This document shows, piece after piece, positions 9,476 through 18,276 of a DNA stretch of 64,000 nucleotides. The notes under the pieces are model-generated. The model had not been told where the DNA came from. It made no database searches and saw nothing but the letters and a program-made list of their open reading frames with translations. Both the position numbers and the translations under genes were made by a program. Each line of letters begins with the position of its first letter. The first letter of the stretch is position 1. Origin of the DNA: Verrucomicrobiota bacterium (GTDB lineage: Bacteria > Verrucomicrobiota > Kiritimatiellia > UBA8416 > JBHORK01); the NCBI GenBank assembly GCA_042565725.1, contig JBHORK010000002.1, positions 5,049 to 69,048 on the forward strand, given 5' to 3'.

Positions 9476-9933
9476 ATAAACACGCTCTACTGCTGAACAT
9501 CTTTCTGGTTTTCTGCATCGGGTTTATTAATGTCTGCGCCGATGAATCTAAAGAAAACGCGCCCGCCCGGAAAACCAACAGAGAAAGTTCATCTTCTCTC
9601 CCGGACAAACTCCTGAGAGACCCTTTCTGGGAAATAGGCTGGCAACCGGAAACCTTTGTTGAAGAAGTCAAAAAAAACGAACCAAAGAAAAAAGATACCA
9701 ACCTGTCGGGCCTGATCAAATGGAAGGAAGCTGAGAAGCTTATCGTTGTTGCAGCTCTTGGCACAAAGTTAGACGGCTCGTATATTGCGACACTAAAAAA
9801 CCAGACGAGCGTTATGGAAAAAGGAAGTGTAATCTCAATAAACTATATGGGACTCACGTATAGGTGGAAAATACTATCGATAACCAGCAAAGGAATATTG
9901 CCCGAAAAACTTGATGTTCGCCCAATTAAGTAA
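9472..9933 (+). CDS. small secreted protein in the PilP position
   Basis: ATGA overlap. Signal-like N-terminus MNKHALLLNIFLVFCIGFINVCA. 153 aa, immediately upstream of the secretin. Function inferred from position only. Confidence 0.45.
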   Translation: MNKHALLLNIFLVFCIGFINVCADESKENAPARKTNRESSSSLPDKLLRDPFWEIGWQPETFVEEVKKNEPKKKDTNLSGLIKWKEAEKLIVVAALGTKLDGSYIATLKNQTSVMEKGSVISINYMGLTYRWKILSITSKGILPEKLDVRPIK

Positions 9934-9981
9934 GCTTGACGTATACTTGTTATTAAAATTATATTGATAAAAGGAGATAGA

Positions 9982-11826
9982 ATGATGAAGAACAAACGCA
10001 TATCACTGTTTATAACAGCAATGCTTATACTCGTATTTATAGGCCCTCTGATCGTTTCAGCTCAAGAAGAGGAGGTACCGACAATTTCCGTCGAAGTTGA
10101 AAATATTGAGGCTGGCGACGAGGCCGTAGAGGCGGAGACGGATGACAGCATAGTGACCGAAGAATTGTCTGTTTCCATGCCCTCCAATTCGCTGCCTGAA
10201 ACACCTCCCCTTCCGAGCGAACCAACAGAACAGGAAGGAGATGGGGAATATATAGGACTGCCGGCAGTGGCGGAAACTCCTGAAGGCGCGAAAATAATCA
10301 GCGATAATAAAAATCATATCAGCGTTTCGCTTGACAATGTGGCCCTTGAAGACGTTGTTCGTCTGTTCACAAGAATGACTGAGGCCAACATAATAGCATC
10401 AGCGACTAATCTCAGCGGCTTTGTTACAGTAAATCTTGTCGATGTAGAATGGAGACCGGCGTTAAGCTCAATTCTTGAAATGCATAACCTGAGCCTTATT
10501 GAGAAACCGGCCGGTTCCGGAGTGTACAGCATAATCCCTCGTTCAGCCGACGCTCCTGACCCAATGGTAGTGGATACTATGTTCTTGAAATACGCGCAGG
10601 TCGACAATGTATTGCCCGTGATTCAAGCAATGCTTATCTCCGGCGCTTCTGTTTCTCCCTTCTCGTCTCGAAACGCGCTGGTGGTAAAATCAACGGAAAA
10701 CAACCTGGGCGAAATTAAATCAATTATCGAAAATATCGACAAACTGCGCGACCAGGTTTTTATCGAAGCCAAGTTCATGGAGCTTAATGACGAAGCAATC
10801 AAGGATCTCGGTATTAACTGGCTGTCGCTCGAAAACTACAAGATCGGAGCTTCCGGCCTGAAATCTGTTTACACCGAAACCAGAAGAGAAACTATAACGG
10901 ACGAATACGGCACTCTGGGCGGCGCAAGCCGCGGCTGGACGCGTGGACGGGACCTGGAAAACAACAGCCCGGTAACAGGAACAGACCTTGGCACAGAAGG
11001 CTATAGCGAATCTGTTTATGACGTTAAAAGCTCAGGCAAAAACATGACGGACCTTACGGTAGACAGCTCCGGCAATATATCATGGGAAGGAATTATTCCT
11101 TTTGAAAGCGAAGAAATACGGACCGCTATCCTCAGCATGGATGATTTCAGCATTCTGCTGAGTGCCCTGAAACAACAGGATGGCATAAGTATAGTATCCA
11201 ATCCAAAAATTATTGTTGCCAATGAGGTGCCCGCCACAATTCATATCGGGCAAACCGAACGTCCTTTTGTGTCAAGCGTAACACCCGGTCAGCAGGGTAT
11301 CGCTCCCGTTGTAACCTACAATCCGGGTGATGCTGTTGATTTCGGAGTAAAGCTTATTGTGACACCAACGGTGAACACGGAAAGCAATATCACCGTCAAA
11401 ATCGAGCCGGAACTCACTCGTTTCATGAAAAACGCTGTCGCGCCAAACGGTCAAACGTATCCCATAATAGCAACAAAGAAAATCACCACTACATTCTGCC
11501 TGGAAAATAATAAAACCGCCGCTATAGGCGGGCTGACAGAATCGGAAGACCGTGATATAACACGTAAGATTCCTTTCCTCGGCGATATCCCGTTTATCGG
11601 GAAATATCTCTTTTCTCATACGCATAAAGAAAAGAGACAAAAAGAAACAATAATCTTTGTGACCGTGGGAATGGCTCAGCCCGGAACAGTAACAGACCAA
11701 ACAGGACTCCCGGCAGACAGCAAGCTGGTGCCCAATCGTCTACTTAAGGACGAATTAGACAAGCATCAGTATGAAAAAGACTTCGATAAGTTAAAAAAAG
11801 ACACTGATAAAAAGTTAAGTAAATAA
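9982..11826 (+). CDS. pilQ: secretin (PilQ/GspD family)
   Basis: Signal peptide and an acidic/Pro-rich spacer. N0-like block ISVSLDNVALEDVVRLFTRMTEANIIAS. Secretin C-domain IVSNPKIIVANEVPATIHIG ... KIPFLGDIPFIGKYLFSHTHKEKRQKETIIFVT. Start at ATG 9982 after AAGGAG. Confidence 0.85.
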   Translation: MMKNKRISLFITAMLILVFIGPLIVSAQEEEVPTISVEVENIEAGDEAVEAETDDSIVTEELSVSMPSNSLPETPPLPSEPTEQEGDGEYIGLPAVAETPEGAKIISDNKNHISVSLDNVALEDVVRLFTRMTEANIIASATNLSGFVTVNLVDVEWRPALSSILEMHNLSLIEKPAGSGVYSIIPRSADAPDPMVVDTMFLKYAQVDNVLPVIQAMLISGASVSPFSSRNALVVKSTENNLGEIKSIIENIDKLRDQVFIEAKFMELNDEAIKDLGINWLSLENYKIGASGLKSVYTETRRETITDEYGTLGGASRGWTRGRDLENNSPVTGTDLGTEGYSESVYDVKSSGKNMTDLTVDSSGNISWEGIIPFESEEIRTAILSMDDFSILLSALKQQDGISIVSNPKIIVANEVPATIHIGQTERPFVSSVTPGQQGIAPVVTYNPGDAVDFGVKLIVTPTVNTESNITVKIEPELTRFMKNAVAPNGQTYPIIATKKITTTFCLENNKTAAIGGLTESEDRDITRKIPFLGDIPFIGKYLFSHTHKEKRQKETIIFVTVGMAQPGTVTDQTGLPADSKLVPNRLLKDELDKHQYEKDFDKLKKDTDKKLSK

Positions 11827-11867
11827 TAAAGATGTTGACGCGCCATTGACGAATCTACCCCAATAAT

Positions 11868-13556
11868 ATGAGATTTTTTCGAACAGAGGTATGGAGCTAC
11901 GCCGTTTTACTGATAATTCTCTTCTCCATTGCCACGCTTGCCGTCTGGCATATCCTGGGTTATCTTGAAGAGCAAATTCTTATTCCAAGAGAATTCAGAG
12001 TAGTCACCATACTGATGTGGACTTTAACCCTCGGATTCATGATGATAGCGGGAGCTTTTGGTCTATGGGCTATTCAATTTGCCGGCGAAGCAGAAGCTCG
12101 GCGCCGTATAGGCCGCTTTGTAGATGCCATGGATTATATCAGCGACGGTTTGCTGGCTACAGACGCGAAAGGTCACATTAGAGGATCAAACCCTGCCTCA
12201 AAAGAAATTACCGGCGCAAAACTGGAAAAAAGTGAATTAATCAAAAATGTATTCCATTGTCTCAGTAATGAAGACGTCAAACTACTGCTCAACAAAAAAG
12301 AGCCGTATGAAGTTGAAAGAAAATTTACACGTAATGATATTACACGCGCCCTGCGCTTCCGTTCCCAGCCGTCTGAAGATCTTATGCTTATCATGATAAG
12401 CGATGTTTCTAAAATGGAAACACAACGTTTCAGGAGTCGGCAAAGAGCCCGTCTTCAGCTTATCGGGCAAATAGCCAGAGGCGTTGTTAACGATTTCGAT
12501 ACTCTTCTCAACAGTATATCAAACCATGCTTCACTCCTCTCCAGAACAGGCAAAAACTCTCCAGACGCCATGAAATCCGTTCAAGCCATAACGCAGGGAA
12601 CCGAAAAAGGCATCACACTGGCAAGAAATCTGCTTGCATTGGCGGAAACCGGCACCACCGGACAATCAACCGAAATGATCCATGTGCATATAAACGCCGC
12701 TGTCGATATTCTACGTAACACTTTATCCGCAGACTGGAAAGTGCGCCAATCCATAACGGACCAACTGCCGGCTGTGGCTCTTTCAGGAATACAGATTGAA
12801 CAGGTGGTGATCAATCTCGGGCTTCTGGCTTCCGACGCCTTGAAAACACCCGGCACCATCAATATAACTGCAGCAAAAACAAAAACCGATAATCAACTTC
12901 TTAATGTCTCCGAAGATTATGCCGGTGTCATTATTGTGAGCGCGGGCGACGATACAACCGACACAACATTCGACATCCCAACATTAACAAAGGATAGTCC
13001 AAGAACATCCGGAGTCATTCAATCAGTTATCCGGTCAATGCTGATGGAATCCGGCGGAGACTTAGACTGCCTGACTACTCCCGACAAATCACCCCTCTAC
13101 CGTGTACTTCTGCCACATGAGCTTACGGTCTCCACTAAAGAAGATACCGGAGAATTGCCATCTGAATTAAAAACATATATAGCGAGCTGGAAAGTACTTC
13201 TTGCTCAGCCCCAAATGGGAAAGGACCTTCTCTATAAACGCCTGATGGAAGTAAAAACAAATGTGACCCGTGCCAACAGCATAACGACAGTTCTGGCCAA
13301 CATGGAAGAAAACAAGGACATTGACGCTATGATCCTGGATGAGTACCTTCTTGAACATGAAACAAAAGGACTGCTGAAAGCTATTCTCAGGCTCTGTCCC
13401 ACTGCAGGAATCGTTGTTCTGTGCGAAGATCCTAATTCCGCCCCTGAGGAACTTACTAATAATGTCATCTTCGAATCAAATCGGTCAAATCCAGACAAAA
13501 TACTTGCATCTATGATTGAATCAAAAACACTGACAGCAAGAAGAAAAAGCGTGTAG
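11868..13556 (+). CDS. degenerate hybrid histidine-kinase-like protein (2 TM, PAS-like, DHp without His, degenerate ATPase boxes, pseudo-receiver)
   Basis: H-box position reads IARGVVNDFDTLL, with AAC at 12489-12491 where CAC/CAT is expected. N, G1 and G2 boxes are not recognisable. The C-terminal receiver-like segment has AQP in place of the acidic pair. Confidence 0.65.
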   Translation: MRFFRTEVWSYAVLLIILFSIATLAVWHILGYLEEQILIPREFRVVTILMWTLTLGFMMIAGAFGLWAIQFAGEAEARRRIGRFVDAMDYISDGLLATDAKGHIRGSNPASKEITGAKLEKSELIKNVFHCLSNEDVKLLLNKKEPYEVERKFTRNDITRALRFRSQPSEDLMLIMISDVSKMETQRFRSRQRARLQLIGQIARGVVNDFDTLLNSISNHASLLSRTGKNSPDAMKSVQAITQGTEKGITLARNLLALAETGTTGQSTEMIHVHINAAVDILRNTLSADWKVRQSITDQLPAVALSGIQIEQVVINLGLLASDALKTPGTINITAAKTKTDNQLLNVSEDYAGVIIVSAGDDTTDTTFDIPTLTKDSPRTSGVIQSVIRSMLMESGGDLDCLTTPDKSPLYRVLLPHELTVSTKEDTGELPSELKTYIASWKVLLAQPQMGKDLLYKRLMEVKTNVTRANSITTVLANMEENKDIDAMILDEYLLEHETKGLLKAILRLCPTAGIVVLCEDPNSAPEELTNNVIFESNRSNPDKILASMIESKTLTARRKSV

Positions 13557-13618
13557 CGTTAAGCGTGTAGCGTGAGGCGTGAGGCGTGTAGCGTATCTCG
13601 TATTTCGTATATCGTATT
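13549..13618. repeat. tandem heptamer array, CGT-core words
   Basis: gcgtgta gcgttaa gcgtgta gcgtgag gcgtgag gcgtgta gcgtatc tcgtatt tcgtata tcgtatt. Overlaps the last codons and stop of the preceding ORF. Confidence 0.85.
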
Positions 13619-13696
13619 CCCTGACACCTACAACCTAAAACACCCTCTTCGTTCCCTACCCGCCGCGCTTGTCCTTCATCATTGGACATTCCTTGT

Positions 13697-13922
13697 CGGT
13701 CAAGTCCTGATTTAAAGTTGTCACTTTGACCTCATTATCTTGTTATATTCACCTTAGCCAAATCTAACCCCATCGAAATCGCTATCGGGATCGCTATCGA
13801 TTTCACCGTCTTGCCATTGCCTTAGGCAATATTCAGAGAATCACAGGACGGTAGATATTCAGTTTTCCGCATCCCAACCCCATATTATTTCGATTTGGAT
13901 ACCGATTTGGATACCGATTTGG
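13697..13922 (+). repeat. about 226-bp conserved intergenic element, copy 1
   Basis: Aligns by eye end to end with 58883-59108 (reverse strand, about 98%) and 35865-36078 (about 92%). Starts with hairpin GGTCAAGT...ACTTTGACC and contains an ATTGCC-tta-GGCAAT hairpin. Ends in CGATTTGGATAC repeats. Confidence 0.85.
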
Positions 13923-13942
13923 TCCTCCTATCCCCTTCTCCC

Positions 13943-14908
13943 CTACATCCCCTCAAGCTTCTTCCGGATATCTTCAATAATAAACGCCGGTGTGGAAGCG
14001 CCCGCAGTCAGCCCTACCACACAAAAACCCTGAAACTGCCTGGGATCAAGCTGTTTGCTGGTCTGTATGTGAAAAGTTGGCTTCAATGTTTTTGCGAGTG
14101 TAACCAGACGAACTGTGTTCGCGCTGTGAGAGCCGCCTGCTACCACAATCGCATCTGCCTTTTCAGCGATCTTCAGCAGTTCTTCCTGTCGGTTCTTTGT
14201 TGATTCGCAAATTGTATCCAGTACTTCCGCATTTGGAAAACGCTTAAGAACTGTATCGGTAATTTCCTTATAGAAAGCGGGGAATTGTGTTGATTGCGAT
14301 ACCATGCAGACATATTTCATATCGGGCAGAGCGTTAACATCTTCTTTTCGGCTAATAACAATTCCGCTTCCACGCGTCCCCGTGTCTCCTTGTCGCCGCT
14401 TCCCCGCTTCGCCGCTTCCCTTCATCCTTGGATATTCCTTGTTGGCTGTTGGATATTCAATTCCTCTTCCCCCCCGGGCATACCCGAGCAATCCCACAAC
14501 TTCCGCATGACCGGGATCGCCGAATATTATTACAGCATAGCCCTTACCTGCATATTTTTTGATCAAGCCCTGAGTTTTCGCAACATCCGGACAGGTTGCG
14601 TCAACTATGGTCAAAGGAAGCTGATTAAGCCTGGCACGTCGTTCCGGCGATATTCCATGAGCCCTTACAATTAAACACCCTTTCTTCAGAGACTCAGGGG
14701 CTTCGGCCTCCAAAATGCCTTCAGATTTCAACTGTGCCATCATTTGGTCATTATGAATAAGAGGGCCGTCGGTATAAATCCACCTTCGCCCGGATGGCTT
14801 CGGAGGACAAGTCTGAGATTCGGGATCGTTAACGAGACTGCGGGCTTTATCCACGGCACGCTTTACTCCCCAGCAAAAACCAGCCGATTCAGCAAGAATG
14901 ACTTTCAT
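13943..14908 (-). CDS. ispH: 4-hydroxy-3-methylbut-2-enyl diphosphate reductase (IspH/LytB) carrying an in-frame repeat-derived insertion
   Basis: MKVILAESAGFCWGVKRAVDKA..., HGISPE, ATCPDV, GDPGHAEVVG, SQST blocks. Residues about 145-181 (14366-14476) are encoded by intergenic repeat words. Confidence 0.85.
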   Translation of the reverse strand: MKVILAESAGFCWGVKRAVDKARSLVNDPESQTCPPKPSGRRWIYTDGPLIHNDQMMAQLKSEGILEAEAPESLKKGCLIVRAHGISPERRARLNQLPLTIVDATCPDVAKTQGLIKKYAGKGYAVIIFGDPGHAEVVGLLGYARGGRGIEYPTANKEYPRMKGSGEAGKRRQGDTGTRGSGIVISRKEDVNALPDMKYVCMVSQSTQFPAFYKEITDTVLKRFPNAEVLDTICESTKNRQEELLKIAEKADAIVVAGGSHSANTVRLVTLAKTLKPTFHIQTSKQLDPRQFQGFCVVGLTAGASTPAFIIEDIRKKLEGM

Positions 14909-14924
14909 AATTCATAAGCTTAGA

Positions 14925-14987
14925 GTTACAAGTTACAAGTTACAAGTTCTAACGCGTATTTCGTGAAGCGTGTATCGTATATCGCAT
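14925..14987. repeat. tandem heptamers (ACAAGTT x3, then CGT-core words)
   Basis: gttacaagttacaagttacaagtt ... cgtatttcgtgaagcgtgtatcgtatatcgcatat, just upstream of the ispH start. Confidence 0.8.
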
Positions 14988-15221
14988 ATAGAAGCTCTTT
15001 GCTTTCTTGAATCATGCAATAAGAGCAACGCAAATTAAACATCAAAAAAAACTATTTACCTTAAAACATGGTTATCGTTGAACGATTGCCACGTCAGTTC
15101 CTAAGTGGGCGACGCGGCGTTATCTCTTCCCCTGTCTGTAACCTGTAACCCTTGCAACAAATTCCCACATTAAACAATTGCAGATAAGTTCGCTCTTTAG
15201 TAAATTTAAGGCAGGTCAATT

Positions 15222-16295
15222 ATGTCAAATTTTTTCAATGATATTGCGGTTTCCGGGAAAGATTGGTGGCGTATCGCTGCGTTCTTCCTCTCGATCCTTA
15301 TTTCGCTTATTGTCGGGCGACTCGCGCGTTTCTTCCTGGAACGTTCACGCAAAAAAACAAAAACCGGCATCAGTGAGTGGGGAAGTGTTCTTCTGAAAGC
15401 GCTGTCCAAACCGATTGTCATGGTTGTGTTTACCGCGGGTTGGTGGGTTGGAATTGCGTTTCTACCGGGCATCGGCGAAAAGCTCGGCAATGCACTGAAT
15501 GCTTCATCGCGAATATTATTCTCTATTGCTGTCGGATATGTTCTTTACAGTCTCACAGATGTCGCAGATCACTATCTTGATAAATTTGTTAGCGGAACCA
15601 GGAGCAAGGTAGACGACGTACTGGCGCCTCTGGTGGGAAAAAGTATTCGGATAACTATTTTTGTGATCGTTACGCTGAATGTAGTACACGTAGTGAGCGG
15701 TCAGAGCATCACCACTATTCTTGCAGGACTCGGAGTTGGCGGGCTGGCGATAGCTCTGGCCGGCCAGGACACTATTAAAAATTTCTTTGGCTCAATAGTT
15801 ATTTTAGGCGACAGACCTTTTGAAATCGGCGACAGGATTGTGGTTGACGGATATGACGGCCCGGTAGAAAGCGTTGGATTTCGATCAACAAGGCTCAATA
15901 CTCTGGATGGTCATCAGGTTACCGTGCCGAATTCTGAAATGGTCAACAAGACAATCCGGAACATAAGTAAAAGACCATACATCAGAAGAGTCGCCAATAT
16001 CACTATTACCTATGATACTTCGCCCAAAAAGATAGAACGCGCTATCGAAATTATAAAAGAAATTCTTTCAAACCACGAAGGAATGCGTCCGGACTTCCCG
16101 CCTCGTGTATATTTCAATGAATTTAATGACTGGTCACTTAATATCATAATGATATACTGGTATCATCCGCCAGACTACTGGAAATATATGGAGTTCACTC
16201 AGCATACTAATATGGAAATATTAAAGCGATTTAATGAAGAAAACATAGAATTCGCATTCCCAACTCAAACAATCTGCCTTGAAAATGAAAAATGA
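15222..16295 (+). CDS. mechanosensitive ion channel, MscS family
   Basis: GLGVGGLAIALAGQDTIKNFFGSIVILGDRPFEIGDRIVVDGYDGPVESVGFRSTRLNTLDGHQVTVPNS. Several N-terminal TM helices. Confidence 0.85.
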   Translation: MSNFFNDIAVSGKDWWRIAAFFLSILISLIVGRLARFFLERSRKKTKTGISEWGSVLLKALSKPIVMVVFTAGWWVGIAFLPGIGEKLGNALNASSRILFSIAVGYVLYSLTDVADHYLDKFVSGTRSKVDDVLAPLVGKSIRITIFVIVTLNVVHVVSGQSITTILAGLGVGGLAIALAGQDTIKNFFGSIVILGDRPFEIGDRIVVDGYDGPVESVGFRSTRLNTLDGHQVTVPNSEMVNKTIRNISKRPYIRRVANITITYDTSPKKIERAIEIIKEILSNHEGMRPDFPPRVYFNEFNDWSLNIIMIYWYHPPDYWKYMEFTQHTNMEILKRFNEENIEFAFPTQTICLENEK

Positions 16296-17040
16296 AAATG
16301 TCCATCCCGACATCCTGAAAGATGATCAATTTGAAACAGTAAGAAGTCTTATCGGGAAAATTGCTCACGATTTCAACAACCTGCTCACTCCGCTGGTGGC
16401 ATATCCGCAGCTAATAAAAACTGATCTTCCGGAAGGAAGTGAAGGACAAGAACTCCTGGATGTAATGGAAAGCACATGCCGAGATATGGAGCACATTACT
16501 CGACAGCTGTTGTTGTTATCAATGATAAACAAGGATGAACATCAACTCCTGAACGTAAACACACTTATAAAAGACATCGTAACATGGCTGAAAGAAAAAC
16601 AATTAGTCGAAAACATAACTATTGAATGTGATTTGGCCGACGACGTGCTCAATATCAACGGCTCTGATGAAGCAGTGATGACTGTCCTGCATAATATGTA
16701 CGTTAACTCTGCGGAAGCAATGGCTGACGGCGGACAGCTATTGATAAAAACGGAAAATGAATACAAAGAGAACAAGCCTCATGAAAGCGGCATATCTGTT
16801 ACACCCGGAATGTATGTTAAAGTAAGCATGCATGATAACGGCTCGGGAATAAATGACGAAATAAAAGACAATGTGTTCCTTCCTTTTGTTACCACTAAAA
16901 AAGGTCAATCCAGAAGAGGTGCTGGGCTTGGCTTGAGCATTGTGTACAGAACTATGATGGACCACAATGGCTTTATTGATTTTGAGAGTTCTCCGGGAAA
17001 AGGAACAACCTTTAACCTGTATTTCCCGGCAGTCGGCTAA
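16279..17040 (+). CDS. soluble histidine kinase (DHp + HATPase_c only, no sensor domain)
   Basis: H-box IGKIAHDFNNLLTPL; N-box HNMYVNSAEA; G1 HDNGSGI; G2 GAGLGLSIV. Start overlaps the mscS 3' end by 17 nt. Confidence 0.8.
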   Translation: MKMKNENVHPDILKDDQFETVRSLIGKIAHDFNNLLTPLVAYPQLIKTDLPEGSEGQELLDVMESTCRDMEHITRQLLLLSMINKDEHQLLNVNTLIKDIVTWLKEKQLVENITIECDLADDVLNINGSDEAVMTVLHNMYVNSAEAMADGGQLLIKTENEYKENKPHESGISVTPGMYVKVSMHDNGSGINDEIKDNVFLPFVTTKKGQSRRGAGLGLSIVYRTMMDHNGFIDFESSPGKGTTFNLYFPAVG

Positions 17041-17105
17041 CCACGCACAAAAGAATGAAGAATTCTTAGACGGGATTAACAGGATCAACAGGATAAGAAC
17101 TTCTC

Positions 17106-17966
17106 ATGAAAACGATATCTTCCATAAAAGAAATGCAGGAGACCGCCCTGCAGGCACGCCGTAAAGGGAAAAGAATAGGATTTGTGCCTACAATGGGTTT
17201 TCTGCATGAGGGACATTTATCATTGATTCGTAATGCCAGGAAATCATGTGATCTTCTGGTTGTCAGCATTTTTGTGAACCCGATCCAATTCGGGGATTCT
17301 GAAGATTTAAGTGAATATCCGCGCGATTTCTCCCGCGATGAGGAACTCTGTAAAAAAGAAAACGTTGATATAGTCTTTTATCCATCAAATGATGAGATGT
17401 ACAGAACAATGCATAGTGTGTATGTACAAGAAGAAAAACTCTCGATTGAACTTTGCGGCGCATTAAGACCGGGCCATTTCCGGGGTGTTGCCACAGTTGT
17501 CGCAAAGCTTTTAAACATAGTTCAGCCTCATACGACTGTGTTCGGCCAGAAAGACGCTCAGCAAGCGCGAATTATCGAAAAAATGGTGCAGGACCTTAAT
17601 TTCCCCGTAAACATAATCATAGCTCCAATTGTTCGTGAACCCGACGGCCTGGCAATGAGTTCGCGCAACACATATCTTTCAAGTGATGAAAGAAAACGCG
17701 CAGTTTGTCTGCATGAATCACTGTGCGCGGCTGAGAAGATGTGTCAACAGGGTGAAAAAGACACCACTGCAATCAAACATCAAATGCGCGAAATCATACT
17801 CAAAACTTCAAACGCCACACCGAATATACCGGTAGAGATCGATTACGTTGAAACAGCAGATTATGAAACTTTACAGCCTGTTAACGAGATTAAAAGTAAA
17901 ACACTGATTGCAGTCGCGGTCAAAATAGGCAAAACGAGACTGATAGATAATGTAATTATTGAATAA
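17106..17966 (+). CDS. panC: pantoate--beta-alanine ligase
   Basis: GFVPTMGFLHEGHLSLI, VSIFVNPIQF, FGQKDAQQ, MSSRN blocks. Confidence 0.9.
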   Translation: MKTISSIKEMQETALQARRKGKRIGFVPTMGFLHEGHLSLIRNARKSCDLLVVSIFVNPIQFGDSEDLSEYPRDFSRDEELCKKENVDIVFYPSNDEMYRTMHSVYVQEEKLSIELCGALRPGHFRGVATVVAKLLNIVQPHTTVFGQKDAQQARIIEKMVQDLNFPVNIIIAPIVREPDGLAMSSRNTYLSSDERKRAVCLHESLCAAEKMCQQGEKDTTAIKHQMREIILKTSNATPNIPVEIDYVETADYETLQPVNEIKSKTLIAVAVKIGKTRLIDNVIIE

Positions 17967-18276
17967 TGCTCGCTTGGGGTCAGGCCATTGAATTTCCACC
18001 CCGGCTACCCCCGTAAATTGCAAGGCCAGACCCCGTCTCCCCTTAAACATTCTCTTTTGTTCGTGCAATGTTCAGGTTAATCACTCTATGCAAAACTCCG
18101 CAGAACGCAGCAGCTTCGGTGCTCTGAACTCGCCTTCGGTGAAGAAATGCAAGCATCTTCGCCAATCTTTCAAAGCTGACAAACTGCAATTCTTTTGATT
18201 TCTACTTTTATGTTACAACTCATTCTTTGTAAAATACTTACTTAAACCGCTTGCAGTTCTTCATGCAATAAGCGGG

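Noticed and set aside
13549-13618. Possible CRISPR array among the tandem repeats
   Set aside because: Units are 6-9 nt and directly abutting with no unique spacers. No cas genes are in the window.
13895-14203. ORFs beginning MDTDLDTDL (also 36063-36287 and 58710-58910)
   Set aside because: They start at TTG codons inside the CGATTTGGATAC terminal repeats of the 226-bp element. They share only the repeat-encoded first about 8 residues and then diverge completely. One is antisense to ispH.
17967-18276. Possible tRNA or small RNA in the panC-SH3 gap
   Set aside because: I could find no cloverleaf-compatible acceptor/T-arm pattern. The GGGGTCAGGCC...GGCCAGACCCC segment looks like another repeat word, and the 36-codon ORF (MQNSAERSSF...) lacks support.
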